A DNA stretch of 64,000 nt, taken from positions 125,178,001-125,242,000 of the forward strand of contig OZ038378.1 in the NCBI GenBank assembly GCA_964036045.1. Reading direction: 5' to 3'. The notes beneath the pieces are model-generated. The model was not told the origin of the DNA and did no database searches. It worked only from the letters and a program-made list of their open reading frames with translations. The translations under genes were made by a program, and so were the position numbers. Of the stretch, positions 61,590-64,000 are shown in pieces. Every line of letters starts with the position of its first letter. The stretch's first letter is position 1. The DNA comes from Eutreptiella sp. 'Long Island Sound 2002' (taxonomy: Eukaryota; Protista; Euglenida).

Positions 61590-64000
61590 CGTGTAGATAA
61601 GCCCAGGACACTGCACACACAACACTACACACCAAGCGGGCACAACGGTGAACAGAAGGCAAGTGGCCCAGGACACCGCAGAAGCAGAACCAACGGACAG
61701 AGCGGGCACACCGGTGAACAGGAGCCAAGTGGCCCAGGACACCGCACACACAACACCACACACAGAGCGGGCACACCGGTGAACAGGAGCTAAGTGGCCC
61801 AGGACACCGCACAAGCAAATCAAAGGACGGAGCGCGCACACTGGTGAACAGGAGCCAAGTGGCCCAGGCCACCGCACACACAACAAAACGCACCGAGCGG
61901 GCACATCGGTGAACAGGAGCGAAGTAGCCAAGGACAACGCACCAGCAAAGCAACGCACCGAGCGGGCGCACCGGTGAACAGCTGCCAAGTGGCCAAGGAC
62001 ACCGCACATGCGACACAAGACACCGGGCGGGCACACCGGTGAACAGAAGCCAAGTGGCCCGAGCACAGCGCGCGAAGCACAACGCCCCAAGCGGGCACAC
62101 CGGTGATCAGGAGCCAAGTGGCCCAGGACACTGCACACGCAACACAAGACACAGAGCCAGCACACCGGTGAACAGGAGCTAAGTGGCCCAGGACACCGCA
62201 CAACCATAGCAAGAAACGGAGCACGCACAGCGGTGAACAGGAGCCAAGTGGCCCAGGTCACCGCACACACAACACAACACAGCGAGCGGGCACACCGGTG
62301 AACAGGAGCCAAGTGGCCAAGGACACCGCACCAGCAAAGCAACGCACCGGGCGGGCGCACCGGTGAACAGAAGCCAGGAGGCCCAGGACACCGCACACGC
62401 GACACAACACATCGCGCGGGCACAGCGGTGAACAGGAGCCAAGTGGCCCAGGACACAGCGCACAAAGCACAGGGCACCCAGCGGGCACACTGGTGAACAG
62501 GAGCGAAGTGGCCGGGAACACCGCACCAGCAAAGCAACGCACCGATCGGGCGCACCGGTGAACAGGAGCCAAGTGGCCCAGGACACCGCAGACGCAACAC
62601 AACAAACAACGCGGGTACTAGGTGAGCAGGAGCGAACTGGCCCAGGACACCGCACCAGCAAAGCAACGCACGGAGCGGGCGCACCAGTGAACAGGAGTTA
62701 AGTGGCCCGGGACACCGCAGACGCAACACAACAAACCACGCGGGCACTAGGTGAACAGGAGCCGAGTGGCCCAGGACACCGCAAAAGGGACACAACACAG
62801 CGAGCGGGCACACCGGTGAACAGCAGCCAAATGGCTCAGGGCACCGCGGACGCAGCACAACATACCGAGTGGGCACACTGATAAACAGGAGCCAAGTGGC
62901 CCACGACACCGCACAAGCAACACAAGGAACCAGGCATGCACACCGGTGACCAGGAGCCACTTGGCCCAGGACACCGCACACGCAACACAACACGCTGAGC
63001 GGGCACACTGGTGATCAGGAGCCGGGTCGCCCAGGGCACCGCACAGGCGACACAACACCTCACGCGGGCACACCGGTGAACAGGAGCCAAGTTGCCCAGG
63101 ACACCGCACACGCAACAAAACACACTGAGCATGCACATCGGTGAACACGAGCCAAGTGGACTGGGACACCGCACACGCAACACAACACATCGGGCGGGCA
63201 CACCAGTGAACAGCAGCCAAGTGGCCCAGGACACCGGAAAAGCAACACAACAAACCAATCATGCACACCGGTGAACAGGAGCCAAGTGGCCAAGGACACC
63301 GCACACACAACACAACACACCAAGCAGGCACACTGGTGAACATGATCCAAGTGTCCCAGGACAGCGCACAAGCAACGCAACAAACCAAGCATGCACACCG
63401 TTCAACAGGAGCCCAGTGGCCCAAGACACCGCACATGCACCACAACACACCGAGCGGGCACACTGATGAACAGGACCCAAGTGGCCCAGGACACCGCACA
63501 AGCAAAGCGATGCACAGAGCAGGCGCAACGGTGAATAGGAGCAAAGGGGCCAAGGACACCGCACACACGACACAACACACTGCGCGGGCACACTGGTGAA
63601 CAGCAGCCAAGTGGCCCAGGACACCGGAAAAGCAACACAACAAACCAATCATGCACACCGGTGAACAGGAGCCAAGTGGCCAAGGACACCGCACACACAA
63701 CACAACACACCAAGCAGGCACACTGGTGAACATGATCGAAGTGTCCCAGGACAGCGCACAAGCAACGCAACAAACCAAGCATGCACACCGTTCAACAGGA
63801 GCCCAGTGGCCCAGGACACCGCACATGCACCACAACACACCGAGCGGGCACACTGATGAACAGGACCCAAGTGGCCCAGGACACCGCACAAGCAAAGCGA
63901 TGCACAGAGCAGGCGCAACGGTGAATAGGAGCAAAGGGGCCAAGGACACCGCACACACGACACAACACACTGCGCGGGCACACTGGTGAACAGCAGCCAA
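61590..64000 (+). repeat. ~56-bp satellite array with 390-bp higher-order repeat
   Basis: Unit ~GGACACCGCACACGCAACACAACACACCGAGCGGGCACACCGGTGAACAGGAGCCAAGTGGCCCA. The segment near 63203-63592 is repeated almost exactly at 63593-63982, and a third copy starts at 63983. Confidence 0.92.

Noticed and set aside
61590-64000. CRISPR-like array
   Set aside because: Units are contiguous with no unique spacers, no cas genes are present and the context is eukaryotic. It is a satellite.
55850-64000. Long ORFs (e.g. 511 aa at 56430, 482 aa at 61560, 417 aa at 62747)
   Set aside because: They are open in several frames on both strands because of GC-rich, stop-poor repeats and microsatellites. No domain content.

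Overview
Eukaryotic, almost entirely repeat-derived window with no recognisable intact host gene. A 27-nt match to the euglenid spliced-leader (SL) exon at 17838-17864 (-) points to a euglenid host (inference). Contents from left to right: (1) A degraded Ty3/gypsy LTR retrotransposon (-) with gag, protease, an unexpected DIRS-type Dam-like methyltransferase domain, RT and RNase H. (2) A 1.9-kb DNA transposon inserted in its gag, with a perfect 24-bp TIR, a 2-bp TSD and CMC/EnSpm-like features, carrying a TET/JBP-like 2OG-Fe(II) oxygenase fragment. (3) A ~7.7-kb APE-type LINE (-) that starts exactly with the SL exon and carries an AlkB-like dioxygenase upstream of APE-RT-RNase H. (4) Satellites, a MITE and further degraded LINEs and transposase fragments. 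(5) A family of GC-rich composite elements ending in (ACCT)n, one carrying a Ulp1-like cysteine protease, two bracketed by long TSD-like direct repeats. (6) A 56-bp satellite with a 390-bp higher-order repeat. Most long ORFs after 28 kb are GC-rich or low-complexity artefacts. All domain calls are by eye from motifs; no database searches were run.
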